A stretch of 64,000 nt of DNA. Origin: Eledone cirrhosa. Its lineage: Eukaryota. This document shows positions 26,147 through 43,787 of this stretch, piece after piece. Numbering within the stretch: position 1 is the stretch's first letter; every line of letters starts with the position of its first letter. The DNA is taken from positions 401,264,001 to 401,328,000 of the forward strand of contig OZ024741.1 of assembly GCA_964016885.1 (NCBI GenBank), given 5' to 3'. Position numbers and translations under genes: made by a program. The notes under the pieces were generated by a model, which was not told the DNA's origin, made no database searches, and was given only the letters and a program-made list of their open reading frames with translations.

Positions 26147-28460
26147 ATTGTTATATTTGGGGAGGGTCATATTTGCGTAATATTGCCAGAATTAATAACA
26201 GAACACACTCACTGTTTGGTTGGTTTTCGCTTCTCGCTGTCTTTTATATCTGCGATCTAACTTACTCGTTCCTCAATGTTGCCATTGACTGACCGGCGGT
26301 CAAAAATAATACAGATACAATATAGACACAAACACATATATATAGTTTACATAATTTACATAAATCTTTCGTTGCACATCTGCAACATCGTCAGTGGTGT
26401 TATATTCATTGTTCCTCCTGTTGTGTTGTATGTCTACGCCATTTTTTATTCAGTCTGTCTATATATTTATTTATTTATTTGCTTGTTTGTTTATCTTATT
26501 TTATTTTGTCTTCTTTGCGCATGCGTTTGCGTGTGTGTATAGTGTTATGTGTGATGTGTGACTAGTGTGTATAGTGTTGTGTCTGCTGGGTGACTAGTGT
26601 GTGTTTATGTGCTTGTTGTTATTGTGCTTGTGTATGTATTTATTTATCTTATTTTATTTTATTTTATTTACTTATTTATACTTCCCTTAGGTCAGTGTTG
26701 TTTGTTTGGGTGTTGTTGTTGTTCCACTCATTCTTTCTGTTTAGCTTTGGTCTTCTAATTTCTATTTCACTGGCCTCTCTGATTTGCCTATCTGCTGGGT
26801 CATTCCTATGTTTAGATATTATTCTAATTTCTATGTTGTCTATGTTACCGTCATGTTGTTGTCTAGCATGTTTGTATAGTACTGACTCGTTTTTTCGTCC
26901 TTTTAGTTCCCCCCAGTGTTGGTCTATCCTTTCACCTATGCTACGAGCTGTCTCACCTATGTATGTTGTTGTCATGTTTCTGCAAGTACCCTCTGTACAT
27001 CTTATGCTATAGACTACGTTTCTAGTTTTACAGTTTATCCGGGGGTTCACCTTACATATGATACATTTCCTATTGGTACAGTGGGTTTTCTTAAAAGGGT
27101 AGGTTTTGCTGATCAGGTATTTTATGGTGGTTCCTGGCTTTTCTACCACCTTTATTTTTAAGTGGGTCTTTCTCAGGGCCTTTCTACACTGGTTAGCTAA
27201 TTTCCCTCCAGGGGTGGCGTCCACAAACATGACACTGATATCTCTGGTTGTCGTACCATGATGTGGCCTTCCCTATCTTATGTCTAGCCCTATCTAAGCT
27301 ATTCCATGATTTGCTCCTGTATAGTGGGCAAATTCCTTTCATGTCCAGTTCTATGAGGGTCTTATACTTTTCCATGGCTCCTTCGTATACTCTGACTCTG
27401 TCTCTTTGGTTGTAGCCAGAGAACTGCATGCGGTTGATGAAGTGTTGGATGTGTCTTTCCATTTCTGTTGGGTCGCACATGCTGGACACATTCTTCATCA
27501 CTCGTACCAAATCTGCGATCAGAATATTAAACTTAGCACTACTGGACATTGCTGAGTTTTTGAGTATCAGGTATTTGGAGGCCATGGGTTTAGCATAGTG
27601 TGGGTGGAGAATTTGGGCTCTCTCGTCTATAGTGTTAATCCAGAGTTCTGTGTCTAATACAGGTAGTCTATTGTTAGGGTGTTTGGAAGGGAAGTCGATA
27701 GTTACAGTTATACTCTGGTGTATGGAATTAGCTATCTGCTGGATGCTTTCCATCGTGCTACGTTCTAAATCAAACTTGTTAGTGCTCTCTAGTGGGGGTG
27801 TTCTTATAACTATATTGATATCGTCTACATAACGAGAGTACATGATGAGGTCTATGGAGCTTTTATTAAGGAGATCTTTAAGTCTCCTTTCCCACCATAC
27901 CATGAAAAGGTTGGCAACATCACCAGCTATGCTGACGCTGATGGCTGCGCCCTCATTTTGGGTGTAGATTTTCTCATTGAACTTAAATGTGTGGCCCTTT
28001 AGGGTAGTTTTGATACTAGCCCCTATTGCATGTGCGACCATTTTTCTTACCTGATCAGTGTTTTGGGGGGTCCGTATAGCTTTGGTCCACCCAATCCACT
28101 TTCCTATAGGAGTCTTTTTAGCCATTGAGGTTATGGTGGGGGCTCTACCTCTTATAGGTCTACTAGGGCAGAAACATCTAAGGTCATGGTTGTCTAGGTA
28201 GTCAGTGTCGTAGGTAAGTCTAAGTAGGAGGCCCAGTTCGTCTGTGTCGACGTCGCAGAACTCCACCTCACTCTCAATGATCATCTCCACACATCTTTTT
28301 ATTTTTGACCGCCGGTCAGTCAATGGCAACATTGAGGACCGAGTAAGTTAGATCGCAGATATAAAAGACAGCGAGAAGCGAAAACCAACCAAACAGTGAG
28401 TGTGTTCTGTTATTAATTCTGGCAATATTACGCAAATATGACCCTCCCCAAATATAACAA
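26147..28460 (-). mobile_element. 5'-truncated Penelope-like element (RT + GIY-YIG) with inverted pseudo-LTRs
   Basis: YSRYVDD RT motif; VVYSIRC...TYIGET..SIGER GIY-YIG; about 160-bp inverted termini at 26147-26310 and 28296-28460; frameshift near 27235. Confidence 0.9.
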
Positions 28461-28564
28461 TATCTGTTTCGACACACGATTTCATATAAAAAACCTCGCA
28501 AAACTAATATATATATATATATATATATTAAGTGTTTTATATATATATATATATATATATAAAG

Positions 28565-28595
<31 letters not shown>

Positions 28596-28600
28596 AAGTG

Positions 28601-28637
<37 letters not shown>

Positions 28638-28638
28638 G

Positions 28639-28740
<102 letters not shown>

Positions 28741-28799
28741 CTTAATATATATATATATAAAACACTTTATATATATATATATATATATAATAGGGTATA

Positions 28800-29058
28800 A
28801 GTATCGTAAGAGAGGAGTAAGCAGAGCGGAGAGAGGTGCGATACAATTTACTAAATACATTCGCCAAAGCGGGGTGTGCTCAATGCTTGGGTTAGCAGAG
28901 TTAAATATTAGAGGAAGTTAATATTTAGTATAATGTTCAAGCAGAGCAGGAATAAGCAAATGAATGAGGAGTTACAAGCCGTTAAAGTAATTCTTTATAT
29001 AACTCTATATAAAGAACTTGTTTTAACGGCTTCTAACTCCTCATTCATTTGCTTATAT
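28800..29058. repeat. TA-embedded fragment ending in a hairpin of about 105 bp
   Basis: taagcaaatgaatgaggagttacaagccgttaaa is inverted at 29022-29056. Confidence 0.7.
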
Positions 29059-29085
29059 ATATATATATATTACCACACTCCTTCG

Positions 29086-29127
<42 letters not shown>

Positions 29128-29130
<3 letters not shown>

Positions 29131-30300
29131 TATGTACACGTACATACATATATGTATACAGACGTACAGTAGTATGTATATATATATACATACATGCACA
29201 CATATATATATGTACGTATGGATTCACCGAACATTTATTATAATGCTCGGTGTGTTTGTAAACAAACATCCCGAATTAAGCCGTTCAGTGTCTAGCAACC
29301 ATCGTTGCTCGTTTGTTCAACACTAACAAAGGAACGCTGTACTAGTTGTGGTTAGAAAAAGCTATCTCACTTACCGCTTTTCATAGGTGCCGTTAAACTC
29401 CACTGCAGGTTACTCCTCTTCCACGTGCGTCCAACTGCTTAACACCAGGAGCTGCCAAAACTCGCGTCCACACCGTTTGCTGGTCACCACTAGAGAGAGG
29501 CTCTCTGCTAGCCCTTCCGGTCGAGCATCCTTCCGGCCAAGCACCCTTCCGGTCGAGCACTCCCCCGCTTCCGGCCACTGCACGCCACACCATACCCACA
29601 CTAGTTTCAAGCTTATTAGCTATCGTCAGCAACGTATACCTTCCTGCCAGATGGTTGAACGGGATATTTGTTTACAAACACACCGAGCATTATAATAAAT
29701 GTTCGGTGAATCCATAAGTACATATATATATATATGTGTGCATGTATGTATATATATATACATACTACTGTACGTCTGTATACATATATGTATGTACGTA
29801 TACATACGTATATTTAAGTAACAGCCGTACTAAGAGTGAGAAATGAAATTTCGTTTCATTTTTTCCGTTTATCGTTTTCGGTACCCCGGCCGATTAACTC
29901 ACTCGATATGCAAATTGGGCTGCTCAGCCGTTAATATACATAAGGGAAGTATATACTTTCAGACGTTCAACCATCTGGCAGGAAGGTATACGTTGCTGAC
30001 GATAGCTAATAAGCTTGAAACTAGTACAGCGTTCCTTTGTCAGTGTTGAACAAATGAGCAACGATGGTTGCTAGACACTGTACGGCTTAATTCGAGATGT
30101 TTGTTTACAAACACACCGAGCATTATAATAAATGTTCGGTGAATCCATACGTACATATATATATGTGTGCATGTATGTATATATATATACATACTACCGT
30201 ACGTCTGTATACATATATGTATGTACGTATACATACTTATATTTAAGTAACAGCCGTACTAAGAGTGAGAAATGAAATTTCGTTTCATTTTTTCCGTTTA
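29128..30300. mobile_element. Complex inverted/tandem pLTR-like element carrying a hammerhead
   Basis: 29128-29347 is inverted at 30019-30240; 29600-29661 is inverted at 29964-30025; 29665-29872 repeats directly at 30098-30300. Confidence 0.75.
29991..30031 (+). ncRNA. Minimal type I hammerhead ribozyme motif
   Basis: CGUUG-CUGACGA-U-AGC-uaauaa-GCU-U-GAAA-CUAG-UA-CAGCG; palindromic stem III (ACUAGU). Confidence 0.75.
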
Positions 30301-30446
30301 TATATATATATATATATATATATATTCATTAGTTAAGAAAAACAAGACCACAAACTTCACAAGGAAGACATTATTAAAAGATTGTCAACATATTTTAGTT
30401 TGATGTAAGGAATGTAGAGAATAATAATAATAATATTAATAATAAT

Positions 30447-30635
30447 TGTTTCTACTTTAGGCACAAGGCCAGCAATTACTCAGTGCATTACTGGTACTTT
30501 ATTTTATCGACCCCGTAAGGATGAAAGGCAAAGTCAACCTCGGCGGGATTTGAACTCAGATCGTAAAGGGACGTAACTATGCTGGAAAGCATGGCGTCCG
30601 ACCCTCTACCGATACTACCAATCCACCGCCCTATA
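30447..30635 (-). mobile_element. Full-length tRNA-derived SINE
   Basis: Head gggcggtggattggtagtatcggtaga, box B, core and tail, flanked by a duplicated (a)taataatattaataataat. Confidence 0.8.
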
Positions 30636-30968
30636 ATAATATTAATAATAATAATGTCCGTTTACAATTGTTTCGCTACTCCATATAATATTTCTGGATC
30701 AGATGACTATATATCATAATTGATCTGGTTCAGTTGAAATAATTAACATATTTAAAAAAACAGAGTGGCTCATCGGAACTCAAAGGAATATAAATTAAAG
30801 TAATGTTACATAATATACTGTTCCATATATTGGTTTTTACTATGGTGTCTTGGTTGCATCAGCTGTCAGCCATAATCAAGTAGTATTCATCTGTCGAGGC
30901 TGCATTGTGTGAGATCTGCCTATGGGTAACAAGATGGCTGCCAAAGGGCATATTTACTTTACTAATTA

Positions 30969-31075
30969 GAGGGTGGTTTCAGGGGAAGTAACTTCTCGAG
31001 AGATTAGAGAGATTTAACTATAAATACTCACAATCTCTAATCTCTCGAGAAGTTACTTCCCCTGAAACCACCCTC
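30969..31075. mobile_element. Small MITE-like hairpin
   Basis: About 40-bp perfect inverted arms gagggtggtttcaggggaagtaacttctcgagagattaga with a short spacer. Confidence 0.65.
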
Positions 31076-31405
31076 AAATCTACTAAATCTACTAAAAATA
31101 GGTCATGACTTGTCGTCCTTTGACGTCTCTTCCTTATGGACGATCTCAAAGAACAGGTCAACATCTACTGGCCCATAGCTACAGGTGCATAGCTACAGGT
31201 CTACAGCAACTCGTCCATAGCTACAGGTCAACATCTACTGGTCATAGCTACAGGTCCATAGCGTCAGGTCTACAGCAACTAGTTTACCTGGCCTATTCTC
31301 TGATCTTGCCTGGTTACAGGTGTTGAATTTTTCTTAAATAGTAATTAAGTGTTACATTCATAAGTCAATGATTTTCAAAGATATTTTCCTACTAATATTT
31401 TTCAG

Positions 31406-31590
31406 CCACTTTTAAAAATGCCAGTGTGGATAAAACCTGTCGCAGTTATGGTGCCAATCGTATACGAACTTTTGATGGAGCATTTTATAACTTTCGTGCT
31501 GATTGTCAATATACTCTGGCCCACAATAAAGACTTTTGGGATGTTTCTTTGAACTACAAGAATTGCGGATCGTTAAAAACTTGTAGAAAG
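31406..31590 (+). CDS. Host gene exon 6 (start of von Willebrand factor D domain)
   Basis: tttttcag| ...KTCRSYGANRIRTFDGAFYNFRADCQYTLAHNK...CGSLKTCRK |gtaagt; TFDG..Y.F...C.Y.L is the VWD signature; phase 1 to 0. Confidence 0.9.
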
Positions 31591-31626
31591 GTAAGTTGTG
31601 GGTTTTGTTTTACTTCCAAAATGTTG

Positions 31627-32640
31627 AATGGTATGACATAGTGCTGTAACCCCTGATGGAGTCGTGAGGACACCTTCAATGGTATGATATAGTGCTCTAA
31701 CCCCTGATGGAGTCGTGAAGACACCTTCAATGGTATGATATAGTGCTGTAACCCCTGACGGAGTCGTGAGGACACCTTCAATGGTATGATATAGTGCTGT
31801 AACCCCTATGGAGTCGTGAGGACACCTTCAATGGTATGATATAGTGCTATAACCCCTGATGGAGTCGTAGGGACGCCTTCAATTGTATGACATAGTGCTA
31901 TAACCTCTGATGGAGTCGTGAGGACACCTTCAATGGTATGATATAGTGCTGTAACCCCTGATGAAGTCGTGAGGACACCTTCAATGGTATGACATAGTGC
32001 TGTAACCCCTGATGAAGTCGTGAGGACACCTTCAATGGTATGTTATAGTGCTGTAGCCCCTGATGAAGTCGTGAGGACACCTTCAATGGTATGACATAGT
32101 GCTGTAGCCCCTGATGGAGTCGTGAGGACACCTTCAATGGTATGACATAGTGCTGTAACCCCTGATGGAGTCGTAGGGACACCTTCAATGGTATGTTATA
32201 GTGCTGTAACCCCTGATGGAGTGGTGAGGATACCTTCAATGGTATGACATAGTGCTGTAACCCATGATGGAGTTGTGAGGACACCTTCAATGGTATGATA
32301 TAGTGCTGTAACCCCTGATGGAGTTGTGAGGATACCTTCAATGGTATGACATAGTGCTGTAACCCCTGATGGAGTGGTGAGGATACCTTCAATGGTATGA
32401 TATAGTGCTGTAACCCCTGATGGAGTTGTGAGGACACCTTCAATGGTATGATATAGTGCTGTAACCCCTGATGGAGTCGTGAGGACACCTCCAATGGTAT
32501 GACATAGTGCTGTAACCCCTGATGGAGTCGTAGGGACGCCTTCAATTGTATGACATAGTGCTATAACCCCTGATGGAGTCGTAGGGACGCCTTCAATTGT
32601 ATGACATAGTGCTATAACCCCTGATGGAGTCGTAGGGATG
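31627..32640. repeat. 51-bp minisatellite, about 20 copies, just after the exon 6 donor
   Basis: tagtgctgtaacccctgatggagtcgtgaggacaccttcaatggtatgaca; continuous with the interspersed repeat at 32640-32880. Confidence 0.95.
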
Positions 32641-33334
32641 CAGTATTGAAGAACAGCGTTTCTTGGACATTTACAACCTATCAGAGTCCAACCCTCTCCA
32701 GGTCTGAACACATAAGAGTTCTTCCAGAGAAGGATAGAAAGTGAGAGAAAGAGATATAGAGGAAGAATCAACCCCAGTTCTAGAATGGTTCTTCGTTTAT
32801 CTACCTCAAATAGATGAAAGGCACAGCTGACCTCGGTCAAAAATGTTGAATAGCATCCAAATTATATTCGTCTCTTTTTGCCAATATTATTTACTTGTGA
32901 TTACTTGTGATGAGACCCCTATTGTCATACTTGGTGGTGAATTGATGATCGTGTTTGTTTTTGTTTCCCCCTTTTTGTGTTCTTTCTCTTACTCTGGTCA
33001 TATATTTTGGTGTTATATTTGTGAGGTTCCAAGAGGAGGCCACCAATATGATTGACTGACTTGTCATTTTATCAGTCAGATGTTTTTAGACGGCCAAAGG
33101 ATCAGTCGTAAATATGATTCAAAATAACAGCCTTAACTCCTCTATGTTTCTAATTGCATTTATTATATGTGTCGATATTTTCATTCTAAAAGAATTGTGA
33201 ACAATTTGTAATGTTATTTAGGTATAATTAAAATAAAAAGACTTTGCCTTTCTTAATTTTGAAGTGTAACAGACAAATAATGGTGGATTTCGCGTTAGTT
33301 TTGATATTGAATGTTCCAGTTGTTTTATTAACAG

Positions 33335-33462
33335 AACTACACCTACAAACTATATAACGAACCTCTACGTGGACTCATGATATGCTGGAAATAGCAGACA
33401 AATCTCCGTCAAATAGTACCCTGTTGGATAATGTGGTCCTAGATAATATGAAAAATTGGATG
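33335..33462 (+). CDS. Probable host gene exon 7 (VWD continuation) with a 1-bp frameshift
   Basis: ttttattaacag| and ATG|gtaatg bound 128 nt; adding one A near 33360 gives a 43-codon phase 0-0 exon NYTYKLYNETSTWTHDMLEIADKSPSNSTLLDNVVLDNMKNWM. Confidence 0.45.
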
Positions 33463-33472
33463 GTAATGGCTG

Positions 33473-33761
33473 CAGAGCCGGATTTAATGGGAGCAATTGC
33501 CGGGCCCCCTGCTGGGAAGGGCCCCACCAGCGACAGCTGTAGCAATTTATTTGTACCCTTAGCTAGGCTTTTTAGTGTTAGGATGGTTAGAACTTTTGAA
33601 TTTAATACCTGTATGTATAACTTTACAATGCCAATCACTTGTGCCAAGCTAACTTTCATATGTAAAATTGGGGAGTTTGCTGTATGTTCTATTTTTTGTG
33701 TATGAGGAGCACCGCAAACTTGAAGGGCCCCGATGCCTCTCAAGATCTAAATCCAACCCTG
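33473..33761. mobile_element. hAT-like MITE
   Basis: TIR cagagccggattta / taaatccaaccctg; flanks aatggctg and catggctg (7 of 8 bp TSD). Confidence 0.65.
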
Positions 33762-33787
33762 CATGGCTGGAATGCTTTTAATTACAC

Positions 33788-33975
33788 TGGTGAATTAGTA
33801 GTATCGGTAGAGTGTCAGACACCATGATTTACAGCATAGAGTTACGGCCCTTGCCATTCTGAGCTCAAATCCCACTGAGGTTAACTTTGCCTTTCATCCT
33901 TACGGGGTTGATAAAATAAAGTACCAGTAATGCACTGGGGTAATTGCTGGCCTTGTGCCAAAAGTAGAAACAATT
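33788..33975 (+). mobile_element. tRNA-derived SINE
   Basis: Same family as 30447-30635, opposite orientation. Confidence 0.75.
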
Positions 33976-34173
33976 ACAGCTCTACTTGAAGGAAGCTGAT
34001 CTTGGACTAAACAACAACTACATCTCCAATACCAACAATACCATCATCACCAACAACTACAATACCAATGCTACCATCACAACCACCAAAGCTACCACAC
34101 TCAGCCCCCACTACTGGGAATAAATGACGTCCCCTTCTTAACCAAGCAAGGCTTACGTACACAAACATACATA

Positions 34174-34375
34174 ATCATCATCATCATCATCGTTTAACGT
34201 CCATTCTTCCATGCTTGCATGGGTTAGAAGTGTCATCCAGGCTGTGAGACAAGCCTGGCCAGTTGGCCACGTCCTACTTTGCTCAAACGGAGCTGTATTT
34301 TGGCTGGGTGGGTGAGGTTACTGCTGGATACCATTCCTAACACCAACCACATATATACAAGAAGGTAAAACCCCA
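34174..34375 (-). mobile_element. Short element with an RTE-type 3' tail
   Basis: (CAT)n-cgtttaacgtccattc..catgcttgcatggg and cctaacaccaaccac, shared with the LINE 3' UTR at 24978. Confidence 0.6.
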
Positions 34376-34777
34376 ACCGGGCCTAATAGTGGCTTCGGCT
34401 TATATTCGAGAAGCCTTTCAATGGTGTTTATCTTCTATACGTCCTCTGCTTCTTGCGCAATAATGATGATGATGATCTTGTTAACAATAAACATGTCTTC
34501 TTGGACATCAGAATTGTTGAGGTTTTGCGGTGGGACATGGAGCCAAATTAGTTTCAAAATGACAGGTTTAGAGTGTTTGACATCAGAACCTCATATTTTT
34601 AAACTCACATAGTCAAGCTCTCTAGTTTTAGGTTATTAACTAGGACTCTATCCCCAGGTTAAATTGATTGTGAAGTTTTGCTTATTTTAGATAACTTTAC
34701 TGGGATCTACCTGTCGGTCACTCTGTGTTTTTGTGTAAGATGTTCTATATGTATATATTTTTGTAAACTCACATCGA

Positions 34778-34886
<109 letters not shown>

Positions 34887-35167
34887 ACACCTGATTTAGT
34901 GTGTTTGACATTAGAACCAAATAGATATAAACTCACACACACATATATCAGGATGGAATCAGTTTGAAACTGGTTAGACCATTACTCAACAGAGTACTCA
35001 ATACTTGGTGTAGTAGAGTATGGTTATATCATAAAGAGTCAAGACCTGACAGCTGAGCCCTTGCCGTTTCACAGCTATATATATATATATATACATATAT
35101 ATATACATACATATATATGTATATATACATATATATGTATATATATATATATATATATGTATACATA

Positions 35168-35299
<132 letters not shown>

Positions 35300-35349
35300 C
35301 ATACATATATATGTATATATACATATGTTAGAAAGTGAGGTTTTTTTTA

Positions 35350-35386
<37 letters not shown>

Positions 35387-35433
35387 TATATACATATATA
35401 TATATACATATATATATACATATATATACATAT

Positions 35434-35770
35434 AAAAACAAATAACGAAACGAAATTAAATTTCGTTTCGCTTCTAACTCACTTTTGTATGACTGACGCT
35501 TAAACAATTAAGTTAAAGTGTACATCTACATATGTATACGGAAGTACTAGTATGCATATAAATACACACATGTATACATATGTACATGTACCGAGTTTTC
35601 CACTAGACACTTTACAGTGAGTGTCCAGCTAGTCTGTATGTAAACAAACAGACTAACCGGGTTGTCTAGTGAAAAACTCGGTACATGTACATATGTATAC
35701 ATGTGTGTATTTATATGCATACTAGTACTTCCGTATACATATGTAGATGTACACTTTAACTTAATTGTTT
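35434..35770. mobile_element. Fold-back mini-element (homolog inverted at about 24190-24420)
   Basis: About 110-bp inverted arms, 35495-35606 versus 35666-35771; terminal palindrome cgaaacgaaattaaatttcgtttcg. Confidence 0.7.
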
Positions 35771-35990
35771 ATATACATATATATATATATACATATATAT
35801 ATATACATATATATATATACATATATATATACATATATATATATATATACATAGATATATACATATATATATATACATATATATATATACATATATATAT
35901 ATACATATATATATATATACATATATATACATATATATATATATACATATACATATATATATACATATATACATATATATATACATATAC

Positions 35991-36037
<47 letters not shown>

Positions 36038-36059
36038 CATATATATATATACATATACA

Positions 36060-36109
<50 letters not shown>

Positions 36110-36282
36110 CATATATATATATACACACATATATATATATATACAGATATATATATACACACATATATATATACACACACACACACACATATATATATAC
36201 ACATATATATATATACACACACACACACATATATATATACACATATATATATACATATATATATCTATATATACATATATAC

Positions 36283-36335
<53 letters not shown>

Positions 36336-36338
36336 CAC

Positions 36339-36377
<39 letters not shown>

Positions 36378-36434
36378 CATATATATATATATATACACAT
36401 ATATATATATATATACACACATATATATATATAT

Positions 36435-36479
<45 letters not shown>

Positions 36480-36480
36480 C

Positions 36481-36515
<35 letters not shown>

Positions 36516-36542
36516 CACATATATATATACACATATACACAC

Positions 36543-36577
<35 letters not shown>

Positions 36578-36712
36578 CACACATATATATATATATATAC
36601 ACATATACATATATATATATATACACATATATATATACACATATATATATATACACATATAAATATATATATACACATATATATATATATACACATATAT
36701 ATATATATACAC

Positions 36713-36751
<39 letters not shown>

Positions 36752-36778
36752 ATATATATATATAATATATATATATAT
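35770..36778. repeat. (TA)n/(CATATA)n microsatellite tract
   Basis: Direct reading. Confidence 0.95.
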
Positions 36779-36908
36779 GCAAAAGTTTTATTTAAAATTG
36801 TTGGGTTACAACAAGTAAATATTTTATAACTGATATAAAGCACTCGACAAGTTTTGGAGTAGATATACGATATTAAACAAATGGAAACTATATTTATAAA
36901 ACCATATT

Positions 36909-36974
36909 TATTTCATTATACATATTTCGGGGATACCATATTAAAAATATGGCATGCCTTCTTCAGATAAAATA
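36909..36974 (-). ncRNA. Minimal type I hammerhead ribozyme motif
   Basis: UAUUUUAU-CUGAAGA-A-long stem II (AUGCCAUAUU/AAUAUGGUAU)-GAAA-UAUGUA-UA-AUGAAAUA. Confidence 0.7.
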
Positions 36975-37994
36975 CAATATATAAACAGTTTTATAAATAA
37001 TTTTGACGTACCATAAATATTGGGCAACCGTTATGTAGGAAGCCGTTTTGGTAGTGAGATCCTTATAAATATTTAGTGTTAAGCACAGTTAAAAAGAAAG
37101 ACGGAGAAAAAGAAGAAATGTATGTAAAGAAAAACAGAGAGAAATAGAGAGAGATAGGGGAGAGAGAGATAGTGAGGAGGTGAAAAAAGAGAGGCAGCTG
37201 AAGGCAACAGATGAATAATAAAAATTCATCATACAAATTGAGGGATTTAGGAGGGAGGGAGTACTGTAATTATTTAGTTATAGTGTTAAGGACAGTTATG
37301 GAGGAGATGGAGAGAAAAAATGAAGAGAAAACAGAGAGAGAGAAAGATAGAGGTGGGGGAAAAAGAAAGAGGTAGACCAAATAATAATAATTATATAGGG
37401 GGAGGTGAAAATCAAGAGAGAAATACAAGAGAGAAATAGGAGAGAAATAAGAGAGAGACTTGAGAGGCAGAGTCAGAACAACAGATACATAGACTTCATC
37501 ATATATAAAGAGGGAGGAGAAGAAAGAGCTATATCTAGAGAGAGGGATGATAGATTAACATCTTTACGTTATGTCCTATCAATTTGAATTATCAATTCAT
37601 ATGAACTGGGTAATATAATGTAAATATCAATATTCATGAATGAGACATAGATATATAATGTGTGAAAATAATTTTGCTCAATAATGACCATATGTTTAGT
37701 TTAAAATTCTGAGGTCGATGTACCAAAAACTGAGATAAAACCTCCAAAAAAAAAACGGAAATATATAAGTATATACATACACATGCATATGCACTTTCCA
37801 GAAAAGGAAAGAAAGAGAGAAAGAGAAGGTCATCTCAAGTTCTAGTTGATATTATAGACATACCCATGATTTTACGTGATCAACTCTGTAATCTCTTGTT
37901 TCACAAAAAATTTTTTTTTTTTTTTACCCTTGTGTTATAAAAGATTTCACTATATATATATACATAAAAAAATAAAATAATTATTGAGCAAAAA

Positions 37995-41909
<3,915 letters not shown>

Positions 41910-41910
<1 letters not shown>

Positions 41911-43787
41911 TTGTTATACTTGGGGAGGGTCATATTTGTGTAATATTGCCAGAATTAATAACAGAACACACTCACTGTTTGGTTGGTTTTCGCTTTTCGC
42001 TTCCGTGTCTTTTATATCGGTAATCTAATTTATTCGGTCCTCAATGTTGCCATTGATTGACCGACGGTCAAAAATAATACAGATACAATATGGACACAAA
42101 CACATATATATAGTTTATCAAAGTTCTTTCGTTGCACATCTGGAACATCGTCAGTGGTGCTATTGTTTCCTCCCGTTACATTGTATGTCTACGCCATTTT
42201 TATTTAGTCTGTGTATATATTTATTTATTTATTTGTTTGTTTTTTTATTTTATTTTGTCTTCTTTGCGCATGCGTTTGCGTGTGTGTATAGTGTTTTGTT
42301 TGATGTGTGTTCGTGATTGGGTGACTGTGTATCGGTTAATGTATTCTATCTTTACTAGTATGTGTTTATATGTGTTTGTTGTTATTGTGCTTGTGTATGT
42401 ATTTATTTATTTATTTATCTACTTATTTATTTATTTCTACTTCTCTCAGGTCAGTGTTATTTGTTTGGGTGTTGTTGTTATTCCATTCATTCTTTCTGTT
42501 TAGTCTTGGCCTTCTAAGTTCTATTTCACTGGCCTCTCTGATTTGCCTATCTGCTGGGTCATTTCTATGTTTAGATATTATTCTAATTTCTATGTTGTCT
42601 ATGTTACCGTCGTGTTGTTGTCTGGCATGTTCGTATAGTACTGACCCGTTTTTCCGTCCTTTTAGTTACCCCCAGTGTTGGTCTATCCTTTCACCTATGC
42701 TACTAGCTGTCTCGCCTATGTATGTTGTTGCCATGTTTCTGCAAGTACCCTCTGTACATCTTATGCTATAGACTACGTTTCTAGTTTTACAGTTTATCCG
42801 GGGGTTTACCTTACATATGATATATTTCCTATTAGTACAGTGGGTTTTCTTAAAAGGGTAGGTTTTGCTGATCAGGGATTTTAAGGTGGTTCCTGGCTTT
42901 TCTACCACTTTAATCTTTAAGTGGGTCTTTCTCAGGGCCTTTCTACACTGGTTAGCTAATTTCCCTCCAGGGGTAGCGTCCACAAACATGACACTCTGGT
43001 ATCTCTGGTTGTCGTACCATGAGGTGGCTTTCCCTATCTTATGTCTAGCCCTAGCTAAGCTATTCCATGATTTGCTCCTGTATAATGGGCAAATTCCTTT
43101 CATGTCCAGTTCTATGAGGGTCTTATACTTCTCCATGGCTCCTTCGTATACTCTGACTCTGTCTCTTTGGTTGTAGCCAGAGAACTGCATGCGGTTGATG
43201 AAGTGTTGGATGTCTCTTTCCATTTCTGTTGGGTCGCACATGCGGGACACATTCTTCATCACTCGTACCAAATCTGCGATCAGAATATTAAACTTAGCAC
43301 TACTGGACATTGCTGAGTTTTTGAGTATCAGGTATTTGGAGGTCATGGGTTTAGCATAGTGTGAGTGGAGAATTTGGGCTCTCTCGTCTATAGTGTTAAT
43401 CCAGAGTTCTGTGTCTAATACAGGTAGTCTATTGTTAGGGTGTTTGGAAGGGAAATCGATAGTTACAGTTATACTCTAGTGTATGGAATTAGCTATCTGC
43501 TGGATGCTTTCCATTGTGCTACGTTCTAAATCAAACTTGTTAGTGCTCTCTAGTGGGGATGTTCTTATAACTATATTGATATCGTCTACGTAACGAGAGT
43601 ACATGATGAGGTCTATGGAGCTCTCATTAAGGAGATCTTTAAGTCTCCTTTCCCACCATACCATGAAAAGGTTGGCAACATCACCAGCTATGCTGACGCC
43701 AATGGCTGCTCCCTCATTTTGGGTGTAGATCTTCTCGTTGAACTTGAATATGTGGCCCTTTAGGGTAGTTTTGATACTAGCCCCTAT
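41910..43787 (-). mobile_element. Penelope-like element, left (minus) arm with 3' pLTR
   Basis: Same family as 26147-28460; RT C-terminal half plus GIY-YIG with in-frame stops. Confidence 0.9.

Noticed and set aside
28305-28390. HDV-like ribozyme suggested by ggcaacatt..gaggacc in the pLTR
   Set aside because: Could not build P1/P3 or the nested pseudoknot.
31898-32840. 215-aa and 214-aa periodic ORFs
   Set aside because: Result of the 51-bp unit being a multiple of three; antisense within an intron.
33382-33705. 107-aa ORF as a standalone gene
   Set aside because: Everything after 33472 is a hAT-like MITE; only the 5' part may be exonic.
34691-34735. Possible exon 8 (LYWDLPVGHSVFL resembles a VWD strand)
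   Set aside because: An in-frame stop immediately precedes it, and the phase does not fit without invoking another frameshift.
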